A stretch of 64,000 nucleotides of DNA, from NCBI GenBank assembly GCA_963924565.1, contig OZ004610.1, positions 9,362,001 to 9,426,000 of the forward strand, written 5' to 3'. Of the stretch, positions 53,001 through 64,000 are shown piece by piece. Position 1 is the first letter of the stretch. Every line of letters begins with the position of its first letter. A program made the translations under genes and the position numbers. Below the pieces are notes generated by a model, which had not been told where the DNA came from, searched no databases, and saw only the letters and a list, made by a program, of their open reading frames with translations. This stretch comes from Ascidiella aspersa. Lineage: Eukaryota.

Positions 53001-56000
53001 CGATGTGCTATTTTAACAATAAGTGTAAAAAAAATAAATGAAATGGTTTTACAAAGATTTATACCGCCGGTGTTTTAATTCTCCGTTCGAGTAATGTTGT
53101 AACTTGACATATGGTTGGAAGGCCTTAACAAACAAGTCAAAATAGTCGCAGAAGCACGGTGAAAATTGGGGTCTGTGCCATATTCGTGGTGGCCAGAATA
53201 ACGTCAGATATACATATCCCTCAAGAATTCCTTTTCCGCCTTCGTTCCAAACATTACGCCTTGTATTATAAGCACGGCGGGTGGCGGTAACGCGATAGCC
53301 GCCCACTAGCCTGCGCGTATGTTGTCAGCCGCTTGTTTTCGCTGCTGTTGTGGCGACCGCTTCCTCACACCTGCAAGCTTGGCTGTCCGAAAGCCGCTCG
53401 CCGTGCCGCAAAAACGCCAGCCTCGACCGCGAGTCGGAAGTGTTTTGCCGCAGAGGCGGAACGAACGCGCCACAAATCCCGGCCATTACCTGCACTTGCG
53501 TCGGACATTATGGCCTGATGCTCTATACTAGGGGTGGGTAACATTTTTTAGTCCCGGGCTAAAACCAAACTCAGAAAGGTCTCAACGGGCCAGTGTTGTA
53601 ATGACTAAAGTCATTGACTGGACTCAAGTGCACTTATGTCACTGGTTATTACTTGACTTGGACTTAAGTCATTTGATGACATGACTGGGACTTGAGTCAT
53701 TAAAAAATGACTTGTTTACAAAACTGCTACGGGCCATTAAATTTTAACTGTGTAGACTTTACGCATCTTATTGTAACAACCATAACGACTGTTAATCAGG
53801 GATAAAATTAGGGTATTTTGAAATTTACACTCGATGAAGGAATAAGTTTTGCGCCAAAAATTGCTTTTAGGTAGTTGAAATAGTAAAAAAATATGAGGAA
53901 TGGCCTCGTGTTCAGTTTGTATTCTTTGCCGGTCGCATAATTTGCGTTGACCAGTTGAATCTAGCCCGGGGGCCGTAGGTTGCCCACCTCTGCTCTATAC
54001 TTAACCCACCGCGCCGCCTCAAGAGGTCCTTTGCCGACGAACAAATACGCGCGTTGCCGTCATGCGAACAGAAGCTATTTTTTGCGAACACCTTTTATAA
54101 ATGACGTGCTGTGATCTGACTAGGTTTCAGTTTCGCGGCGGGTCGCATCCGAGAATAAACCGTAAAATATATCCCTTTGAGATCAGGCGCCTGCGTAAAT
54201 ATAGACGCTCCTGATGGAAGAAGGGCATTTTCCCGTCGCACTTCCGAAAGCACTCGCAGTAAAATACGTAAAACGTGACCCGCGCTTTCACGAACCAGCG
54301 CGTTAAGAGCGATCGATTTTGTCTAAGGCGCACATGTGAGCTCTGTTGTATGACGATATGCGGCAGCCTGCCACTGACGCGCCACGCAATGTGAAACGAG
54401 TGCACAGATCTCAACTTTGATACAATTACAGAGTAATAGCGATGTCAATCTGTTCCCAATGCATAGAAGACATATTGACCATTTTTAACCCAACAAACTT
54501 TTTTTTTGATTTCTTAAAACAAGCTCATGGACAACGCAGTTAAACTTCTGGCACATCAATGTTGGAAATGTAAAATTCAAGGACAACTTTTTGTCTTGAT
54601 TGCAAAACAGTTTCCTTTTTGTGCCTGTGTTTGGTCTCCTGTTATTAAATCTGTAAGCCACTTTTGTATCCATGATTTGGCTTATCGCGCTTTTTATAGA
54701 CATACTTTGATCAAAGTGTCTTACAAGTATGGCTTTATAAAACAGAAGGTACCAAACTTTCCCAGTCGCAAACAAATCTAGAAACAAGAATGTGAAGATC
54801 ACAGCTTTCCTATTATGTTTGTGTCCACCCTTTCGGTTTGACTTTGTTAATTTGAATTTTTATTTTTAGTCAAAGGAGCGTTAGCATTTTAAAAAAGCAG
54901 CGTTGGAATGTAAAAACTCTTAGCGTGACACTACAAAAACTATAGCCGACACACGCGAAAATAGAATGATTGGCATTTCGTCCCACTGCCAGTCGCGCGC
55001 CCTCTAGCCCTAAAACTAACTAAAAACACTAAAAAACACTGAAAAACAAAGCCAAACAAGCCTCTTTGCCGCAGGCGCCGCTCGACAACGGGGAGAAGAT
55101 CATCAAGTACCACTTGGAGTGGGACGAGGGTACGACCGCGGGGGGAGGGGGCGGTGGCCAGGAGTTCCGCTCCCTGTTCAGCAACAGCCAGAAGCAGTAC
55201 AAGGTTACTAAGCTGCAGCCGGCTCGCTCCTACCGCTTCAGGCTCGCCGCCGAGAACAAGATAGGCCGAAGGTGGGTTGATGGCTTATTACAGTGCTTTT
55301 TAAACTTTTTTAGTTTATTCACCCTTAGCATCTATCTCCAGATTTTATTCACCCTTGTCTCATGATATGATAAAACTATCTCGTCTATATATAACAGCAC
55401 AAAATTACTTCGGTTGTTTTGATTTTTGTTAAGATAAACTCTAGCTAAGTTTTACCATTGCAAATCTAAAATTTCTCGAGTCCAGAGATATAAAGCTACA
55501 AAAGCATAAAAGTCACCAAATTATTGTACTTATACACTCAGTGCACACCAACTTCACTATTACAATAAGCAAAAAAACATTTGCTTTTCGGGAGATAACA
55601 TGTTTTTGCCGTTATTCTTTTTTGCTTTCTTTGGTTTGCTGTTGTTGCTTAGGTATGTTTTAGGCCGTTTTTTGTCCGGAGCTTTATGAAAAAATGTGTT
55701 CATCGTAGAACTTAAATTTTTTAGACATGGCGTAGAGTGGTATGTAGGTGCACATAAAAGGTTTATAAGGCTGTACCCGTAGGGCCTTTGATTGAGGGAC
55801 AAAAAAACTAAAATATTGTGACGTCATCATTTTAGTTTGCTGTAGGTATCGACTCCCATGTAGTTTTTCGTTTGTTTTTTTCTCTTGCTCTGTTTTAATC
55901 GTGTTTCGTTTTGGCAGGAAATTTTAACGGAAAACTTGCAATAAGCACTGAAGCCCGTTTTTGGTCATCCTTGGTCAATTCATAGCCGCACCAAAACCAC

Positions 56001-59000
56001 TGAAACCACCAAGTAGGCTTAATTCAAATAAATTTGCCCAAATAAACCTCCCTGGGAATTATCCCATGAACCCTAGGGGTTTGGGTTAAACCACTGCTTT
56101 ATATGGTGCACCTGCTAAAGGCGGTCAAAAATGGTACCCAGGAAATTTATAGAAATGGTATTTACAAAATTCCGTTTAAATTTCTTGCATCAATCGGCTT
56201 TGTATGAATGACTGTTATATTTTGCCTTAGCTGTTTTAGTCTTATCCTGAAATATTCCGGGATGTATTCTGCACCCGGAGATTTTCACAAAACTCTTATA
56301 TAATGACTCCAAACTTAACTTGAATGTATGCTGGCATGTCATCGTGTTCTCCGCGGCTCTACTCAATCAAAACAGTTTGGCAGAGTTCGCCTGCCGCAAC
56401 GGTTTTATCAATCACCGTCCATCGCCTTTAATGCTGAATCGCAAATAGCAAAGTGTCGATGAGCGATAGATCACGTAAAAAAATCGCGACGACCGACAGT
56501 TTAATGTGATGAAGTTGCGCGACTTGGCAGCATTTGTCTGACATTCCGTGTCGATCAACGCTTTCCAACAAAAAAGGAACTAGCTTGCCAGAACCTTGAC
56601 GTCCCAGTTTTAACTTTACACTGAACCTTCCTACCATTTGCTGGGATTTATTTTTTTTCACTGCCCGAACATTTACATTTCATCAGTCAAATTTGGATTT
56701 TGAAAATATTGTTTCCGTTGTCCACACCGATGCAAGCTATTTTTCGTGAAAAAGCAAAGAAATATTGACACCTTTATTTGAAAAAAAAAGAAGTCCGACT
56801 GAGGTAACAAAAAATAGAATGATTGGCATTTTCGTCCCATTGCCAAATATTGACCCCTTTATTTGAAAAAAAAAGTCCGACTGAGGTAACAGTCTGAAAT
56901 AACCCCAAAATGTTAATTGAATTATGACGTTTACCATCCCCGACTCCATGACAAACCATCGGCAAAATCGCCATTTCTCAAAACAAATCAGATCGGACGT
57001 TTTCCATTTCAGTATGCGTAATTCATTACGGGGCATAGCGCGTAGGTCCAGTTTCGATTTTACGGCTTTACACCGGATATGTGCGGTTCAACCAGCCCCC
57101 TCAACCCCAACGCCGACCCCTAGAGTGTCAGCCAAGGCCAACGCGATAATTCGTCATTCTCCGGCCTCTAAGGCCTGCTGACAACTTGTTTGCGCTGGAC
57201 TTTGACTTGACGAAGCGCCGTGTCTAATGGAAGGTTCAGAATGCGATAGTAATTCACTGCCGCGGCGCCTTGTGCGTTGCATGGGCGGATGTGCGCTCTG
57301 ATGCCTTCCTTTGTTTTCTGTCACCAAAATCCCGCCATCTGGTTTGTTGTGTGCGCCGTATATGCGCATTCTAATTAGCAGTTCTCTGATTCAAGCGGTA
57401 TAGGTTCCCTTGATGGGAATTAATCGGTCTGCGACTGTGTAAGCGATACTTTTCAGCTTACTCATAAATCAAACTACAAAACAGACAAATTCTGTATATT
57501 GTTCTTATTTTCCCTCACGATTTTCAGTTATTTATTAAAAACACGTCAAACCAAGGTCAGACAACAACAGCGCGTACGGCTCATTGCACCTACAAAGATG
57601 ATTAGACACCGGCGCTTAAAAAATCACATACATCTTCCGCTCCGCGAAACCCGACCCTAATCCCTGGGTAACTTTGGAATTACCTTGACGCCGCCAAAGC
57701 TTAACGTACAATAGTAAATTAGCTGACAGCAGAGCGGTCTCACCGTTTTCTTCTTAATTATAGTTAACGGTGTTCGGAAACGCACTGCCCAGTGAATGTT
57801 ACCTACTACCTAAACTTTAAGAATTGTCTTTTCGAAATATATGGTAAAGAAAGGATAGAAAAATGCCGGTTGATGTTTAACTTTCTCAGAAGTTTATCAA
57901 AAAACTATACCATTTTACCATTTTTAATACCATTTTTTGCAATTAAAAAAAAACATTGAAAACAAATAACGCACGAAGGAAGCAATACATCAAAGCTGCC
58001 CATCGAAGTTAACTAAATTTTGGTGGCAATGTTTAAAGTAATGCTAAAGTGAAAAACAAAATGCACACATAAAGCAATCCGCCATATTTCCATGTAACTT
58101 AAAAACTAACTTGTGCGCGAAATTCTCCCGTCTTTCGTCTTTGCCGCTACCGCGAACCGCTCAACGGTGGCATAACGCTAATCATTGTTCTTTGGCGAGA
58201 CGACGGTGCCGGCCGCCTTCCTGCGTTGATAAATTGACGATTGCCAGAGATCGCGGCCCGACAATGACCCTTATTGTTTGTTTTCCGTCCCCCCTTTGAA
58301 CAGCCCCTGGAGCGCCGAGCTGTCTTGCCAGACGTCTGGCACGGTGCCAAGCAGTCCGGACGCGCCCCGGCTGGTCAAGGCCACCGTAAGGACGCTGACC
58401 CTCCAATGGGTCAAGGCCACGTCCGACATCAGCTCGTTTATCCTGGAAAAGAACGACGAGACGAGCGGTTACGGCTTCACGCCCGTCTACAACGGACCCG
58501 ACACCAAGTACACCCTGACCAACCTGAACAGGAGCTCGCACTACAGGTTTCGGGTAAGCGTCGTCGTGTTTTCTCTTGATTTGCACGCTTTTTTATACAC
58601 ATGAGCGTATTTAGGAACATGGCATGATGACGCTAACTAGTCTGAATAGCGGTTTGAAGGATTGACAAGTACAACGGGTGCTTAACATTTTTGGGAAACT
58701 CTTCGTTTGTCTCTTTTTCTTCTGAATAAATGAGAAAGTTTGCAGTGGCGGGATTTAGTTTTTTTGTCACCCGGTTCTGTCACAAAAGTAATATATTTCA
58801 GCCGGTTCTGTTACAAAAGTCATATTTTTCGGGAAATAATTAAAGTAGTTGCAAGAACAGGATGCAACCTCCGGTCCCAGCGAATGTTGCGAACCGGCTG
58901 AATCCAATCACTGCTAACAGCCACACTAAAAAGCAGCAGTCGTTAAATTTTCAGACAAACAATTACAAAAGGAAAAGTCATACAATGTATGACTGTTACG

Positions 59001-61427
59001 TGCGACCCTGACCACATTGCACATTAAAAAAAAACAAATACGTGAGCTACTTGGATCTCAAAAATCAATGTATGGAATAAGATGCAAAAATCCATTGACA
59101 GTAACTAGTAATGTTAACCGGTTCGCTGATCCCATAAAATTTTGCAACATGGTTGGATATAACCGGTGCGAACCGGCTGAATCCCACCACTGAAAGTTTT
59201 TCCGCGTACGTGCACAATGTACGTGTATGCGGCTCGGTCGCTAACATGCGATCTTAAAGAGACAGACAGAGCAACGTCGCTCGTACTGCTCCCTTTTAAG
59301 CGAGATGTCGGGCGAGAGGGTAAAATAGAAAGAAACTCGTGTGCTCCCAGACAGAAAAAAAATTGTCTCTTTCTATGAGAGAAAGTCGCGCATCTCAAGC
59401 GAGAGCCGTCGCAAACCGGTCACGGGTAAGCAATTTTTATTTTCCAGGGTTTATTTCACGTCTGACGCAGTTTGCTGCCGGGATTATTTGCTTGAATATC
59501 ACGCAAGTCTAAGCAATTGCTGTTACAACTTAAAGTTTTACGTATGTTAGTAATTCTGGATCGATAAATGTCGCTGTTTTTTACCATTACAGAAACATCA
59601 CATAACATTGCACTTTGATTGCATGTTAAATTGTCACAGTTTTTTTAAACCATCGACTGTAACATGAGGCTTCAGCAAACTTTTATACCACGCCATCCGA
59701 TTAGAAGCTGTTCTTTCGTTGGACGCAGTATGTCACCTTTTGGGTTTACATTTGCTTTAATTTCGCGCAATTTGAACTATTGCTGCTACGACTCAAGGTT
59801 TTACGTTTGTTAGTGATTTTCGATAGATGTATGTAACGGGTTCCGTTACGTAAAATATGTGGGACGTGTTTATAGCTTAAAGTTGTGTGTTTAGTCGTTC
59901 CATTTAAACAAAACACACAACGTTGCAATTTGGTTTGCTCCTAAATAGCCCAATATTTGTATACATCGGCTATAACGTGCGGCTTCCGAAAGCTTACACA
60001 ATGCTAGGACCACGCCAATTAGTGATTAAATGGTCACAATATTGTTGCCACTTTTACAAAGGCCATATTCTACTTTTATTGTGAGAAAATATTTACTCGA
60101 CCCATTTTATACACAATACGGAAATTACTTTCCGTTAAATGTTAAATTACAAATTTATTTACACTTACACGGAAATGGTACACCATATTATGCGATGGTA
60201 ATCAACAATCAACAGCTTGATGACTTCATACATTTTTAACCACGCACAATCGGGACACTGCTGGAATGCACATAATGTATCGCGCTTATTGCAAAAGGCT
60301 ACACATTATTGTTAAATACCCTATTTAACCTGGGTAACGCCGGGTATTTCGTATAGTAAACCATAGGAAAGAACGAAGTATGTACGACCTAAAAAATTCC
60401 TACACATATTTATATTTATAGTCTAATAAACAAGTCCAATCGATCAATGATAAAGGCACGCTTGGCATTTGGTTGTCAGTTTAAAATTAAATGCCTAAAA
60501 GCCGTCAGATTTTCGTTATTTCGTCCCGTTATCCAAGCGCTATCAGTTCGCTTTCCACTCTTAGCCAAAATAGTGCTGTACATTGTTGAAATCACTCCAC
60601 CTTTCGTTGACCAACAATTAAGCTGCCCACGAGAACCACGTCCCGCCGCGGTTTGGTTTGATTTCGGATTCAATTGGCGCACTTGACCGCGCCCAGTTTT
60701 TTACTTGATCCTGTCGAAACGCATCGAACAAGTCCACTTCCGCCACCTCAAGTGCGTTATGTCGTGGTTATGTGTTTTGTGTCGACTGGATCGATCGGAA
60801 TGTTGCCACAGCCTATATTTGGCTAGAGCAAATAGCCGGAAGCACTTTTGTCCGATTTCTTTTTTCCCATGTTGAGGTCTTTAGAAAACTCACATGTCTA
60901 AAAGAGAAACGTCGGTTAATAGATATATTTTATCAAGTTAACTTTTATTTGGGATTTTTCACTAAAAATTTTATTAGGTTAAACTTTAAAATTGTGTCTT
61001 ATTTTTAGGCTAAAAATTTTATTAGGCCCAATATTAAAATTGTGCCCAAATTTTAGGCTTAAAAGTAAGTGAACGAGTTACATTAATTAAGCATGTAAGT
61101 GTAACGTTAGCGGGACAACAGTCGCCTATACTCGCCTGTCTCCCATCGCCACATCACACATCTAAATTTCACCCAATAAACAAAAAACGGGGGTTCTGTG
61201 AAAAAGAAAACTTTTGTGGTCCTTAGAGTCACCCAAAAATTCACCTCTCATTTCTATTAACTGACCTCACAATTTCCTTTTTTCGCAGCTCTGCTCGCAA
61301 AACATCGAGGGTAAAAGCAAGTGGAGCGAAACGGTGTCCTACCTGACCTGCCCCGACAAGCCGCAGGCCCCGGGAAAGCCCAAGGTCAAAGGAAACGCAC
61401 ACGCGAGGTTCTTCAAGGTCACTTGGG
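41095..61427 (+). CDS. FNDC3: Fibronectin type III domain-containing protein 3 (FNDC3A/B homolog), 5' part. Exons 41095-41238, 41440-41515, 41913-42160, 42581-42662, [42777-43109], 43894-44445, 44835-44890, 45413-45585, 47507-47566, 48852-48990, 55075-55271, 58304-58553, 61289-61427; continues beyond right edge
   Basis: Diagnostic N-terminus MILVQVNPGETFTI..GPAQVPMVLHNGTIPPILVPPGYISRVIEENGVRRVVVLP, then QERLQKKLHKRQ, then tandem FN3 repeats (DLRPGSEYHVRV, KLQPARSYRFRLAAEN, NLNRSSHYRFRL). All junctions are GT-AG with matching phases. Which first exon is used is uncertain. Confidence 0.93.
42777..43109 (+). CDS. FNDC3: Candidate symmetric (phase 1-1) 333-nt cassette exon of FNDC3
   Basis: Acceptor TAAACAG at 42776, an open frame in phase with both flanking exons, and donor T|GTATGT at 43110. 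Confidence 0.6.
47256..47463 (+). promoter_or_regulatory. Promoter-like motif cluster inside an FNDC3 intron
   Basis: TGACGCAAT 47256, TATATAAAA 47325, CArG CCTATTTTGG 47341-47350, ATTGG 47385, TACGTCA 47395, TATATATA 47423, Inr-like TCAGT 47459. Confidence 0.45.
53529..53992. mobile_element. hAT MITE carrying a nested insertion
   Basis: TIRs TAGGGGTGGGTAAC / GTTGCCCACCTCTG; perfect TSD CTCTATAC. Confidence 0.88.
53591..53726. mobile_element. Short internally deleted GACTT-family MITE (nested)
   Basis: CAGTGTTGTAA / TTACAAAACTG; TSD CAACGGGC / CTACGGGC. Confidence 0.85.
56761..56891. repeat. Direct duplication with 85-bp period; the spacer also occurs at 54959-54990
   Basis: AATATTGAC(A/C)CCTTTATTTG(A)n..AAGTCCGACTGAGGTAACA x2; AAATAGAATGATTGGCATTT..CGTCCCA shared with 54959. 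Confidence 0.75.
58743..59192. mobile_element. hAT MITE with AACCGG motifs and a duplicated right end
   Basis: TIRs CAGTGGCGGGATTTAG / CTGAATCCCACCACTG; TSD AAAGTTTG / AAAGTTTT; an extra terminus ends at 58913. Confidence 0.8.
60962..61060. repeat. 48-bp tandem duplication
   Basis: CTAAAAATTTTATTAGG..TTAAAATTGTG..TTTTAGG at 60962 and 61010. Confidence 0.75.
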
Positions 61428-62292
61428 GTGAGTATATTATTTCGCCGCCACCGCTTTGCGGAAAATTCTGTGTCTTGAGTCAAGTGTTTTGGGCGAAATT
61501 GCGATCGTGTCTGCCGGCATATGGTTGTACAGTGTACACAGAATGCGGAAATACTTCGAAAGTTTACAAGTTTTAAAATTATTTGACTATCAAGTTTACG
61601 TTTGCGCGTCGCACGTTCGCAGTTTGTATGTAACTGGATCACTTAAAATTCATCACGTCTTCAAGCGCTTTCTCGACTCAGTTGTCAAAATGTATTGATA
61701 GAAGTATGGGTTAGTGTACCAAAGTTTTTTATTTAAGATTAAACAAATGTAAAAAATTTCTTGCTTGTATTTTTTGTGATTTTTATAACTTTTTGTTAGC
61801 CATTTAAAAAAATCGTAGCTCTGCCAAGTAGGAAAACCCCATTTCTGTTAAAAAGAGGTTCAGCCACAGTTTAGGTGGTAATGGTACTTTATGCAACTTT
61901 TGCCTATCACTTGACGCCATAAGTTCGATTGAAAGAAAATATTAGCACGTTTAACAAAATTGACCTTCGCATTGAACTCGCCTAGAAATCGCCTTCATTA
62001 GCTTATAGCGCCGTCTCGAATTTCCGTCCGAATTTTGGCGAACGGGCGAACGCGAAGCCGTCTTCTGCATGAACCCGCACCTGCTCGGATATCAGCGGCG
62101 TGACTGCCGCATCCGAACGAATTTTTTGCCAGACCCGCTGCAGACGTATAGACTGGGCTACGTGATTCGTGCGCGCAGAGCACCAGCCTTGTCACCCTGT
62201 GTTTGGAGCGGCCGTTCGATGGATGCCAGACTTTGCATGCCCGTACTGTAGCAGCATACGATTTGATCTATCAAACCGAATAGTCATCAACG

Positions 62293-62411
62293 CCAATACA
62301 GAAGTAGGAATCATTTTGAACGTTTCGAATAACTCTTTATTCATTTTCAACGTTGAAAATCAATAAAAAGCCACATTCGAAACGTCCGAAATGATTCCTA
62401 CTTCTGTATGG
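62293..62411. mobile_element. Foldback (palindromic) MITE-like element
   Basis: ATACAGAAGTAGGAATCATTT..ACGTTTCGAAT..TTTATT.ATTTTCAAC|GTTGAAAAT.AATAAA..ATTCGAAACGT..AAATGATTCCTACTTCTGTAT; near-continuous self-complementarity. Confidence 0.8.
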
Positions 62412-64000
62412 TCTTTTATACGTCTTACTACAACCTCCAACCATTATGCTCCAAAACCGAATAGTATTATGGCGCCATGTTATCACCAGGACCGGCACTT
62501 TTTCACATTACGATTTTAATGTGGCCATTCTTTGCCAGCACATGTTCATATAGGTTTCGAGTCGGCCGTTTTTTTCATGATTTGATTTAAACGGATTTAC
62601 GTCTAGCTAGTGATAAAAGCGCGGTTGTTCATCTGACCCGCCTGTGGGATCAATAAACCTTGACTCATGGTGAGTTAATGCACCGTGTACACTGTCCCAG
62701 GTACACGGTGATTTTTAGTTTGTTTTGCAGTTTGTGTTGCTCACTCGTCGTACGCGTGTTTGTTTGCGGAGTCAAGCGCGCGGTTTTGAGTAAAAATATT
62801 GACGCGCACTCCCGCCGTAATCAACTTGCTGCAATTTATTACCGCACGAAATAGCCGGCGCCTGTTAAGCCGTACTGACAACAGTGTGTCGAGGAAATGG
62901 GTTTAGCGCCAAAAGCAACTGCACTTGAAGCTCGTTTGCACTATAAATTGAGCTGGGCGTATCAAAGTGTAATTCCTATTAAGTAATATGATTTTCAAGG
63001 CGTACCCCGCTTTGCCATTTTCACGCCAAGCTTGTCTGGAAAATAACGTTGCTGTATTAAACTATACGCTCTAGTTAAACTAGATTTGCTCGGACTTGGC
63101 GCTAAGTTACAGTGCAAAGCGGTAAACTAAAAAGGCATGAAATTCTGTCACAATTTTGTTGTTACCTTGCGTTTAAGTATACTATCGGTAGATTATAAAC
63201 TTGTGTGCAATACTAGGGGGGCTGTTATATTATTTGCATGTCTTTCAAACATACTAGTTTGATTTTCGTCGCCCTTCCCCGTGGCTCACACTATTTATTG
63301 TGCCGTATTAAATTTAAAAATATATCTTAGGACAAAGTGTTATCACAAATTCAAAAGAGTGAACTCTTGGTATCCATAATATTTTTACTGATTGTGTCTT
63401 ACATGTTATACAAAAATGTTGGCAAATAGGTTTGACTAAATTATGGTTTCCCTTGAACAACTGCACGAAATTTTTCTGAACGTACTCAAATAAATTCCAG
63501 CCTCGCATTGAACGTTTAACGTATCTTCTGAATTGTTTTGTAAAAAAGTGCTATTTTCTCCGTGACCAAGTGGATTTCTCCGTTAGCAAGTGCACGCAAT
63601 TATTATAAAATAAATTGGAAGTAAACCCAACCCTTGTATTGAACATTGTTAAAATTGTTTTTGTAACAGTTTTTTCAATGTAGAAAATCTGTGCTCGTAT
63701 TTATATCAAAAAGCATTTTACCAAGGTTATTCTCGTGCAACGTTTCCACATATTTTATCATATATTATACTGTCAACTTGGCCATAGCGTATCATAGGAA
63801 CACGACGTACATCAGAGCAGCATCGTGACGAAACGACAAACGAACGACAGATTCGGGAATTTATGTGGCTTGAAAGTGACATTTCGACTTTATCACAAAG
63901 GGGGCCTGTAACTACTCTTATAAATTGTTGTAAAAAACAAAACGTTTAAGTCACAAAACCGCCAAACGCTTCAAGCCACGGTTATAACTAGTTGCTTTTT

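Overview
This is AT-rich, intron-rich animal genomic DNA, probably from an invertebrate chordate such as a tunicate (inferred from gene content and style, not proven). Five spliced protein-coding genes were rebuilt by hand, with GT-AG introns and consistent exon phases. Four lie on the minus strand: the 5' part of a ceruloplasmin/hephaestin-type multicopper oxidase (95-4065, running off the left edge), a BOK-like Bcl-2 gene (9761-13556, 252 aa), a chordin-like CHRDL1/2 homolog (15258-22169, 493 aa, with several exons absent or out of frame in the ORF track), and an alpha-tubulin lacking Lys40 (24021-29389, 451 aa). The fifth, on the plus strand, is the 5' part of FNDC3 (about 36005-61427, running off the right edge). 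Non-coding DNA is dense with non-autonomous hAT-type MITEs bearing 8-bp target site duplications (TSDs), several of them nested, plus minisatellites and a foldback hairpin. No transposase, rRNA, tRNA or CRISPR array was seen. The most notable hypotheses are: a ladder of phase-matched, ATG-bearing alternative first exons along FNDC3 with stress-type promoter motif clusters; a chordin-like protein with a half VWC1 domain and a very basic tail; and a BOK with a degenerate BH3. None of these is confirmed without transcript or comparative data.
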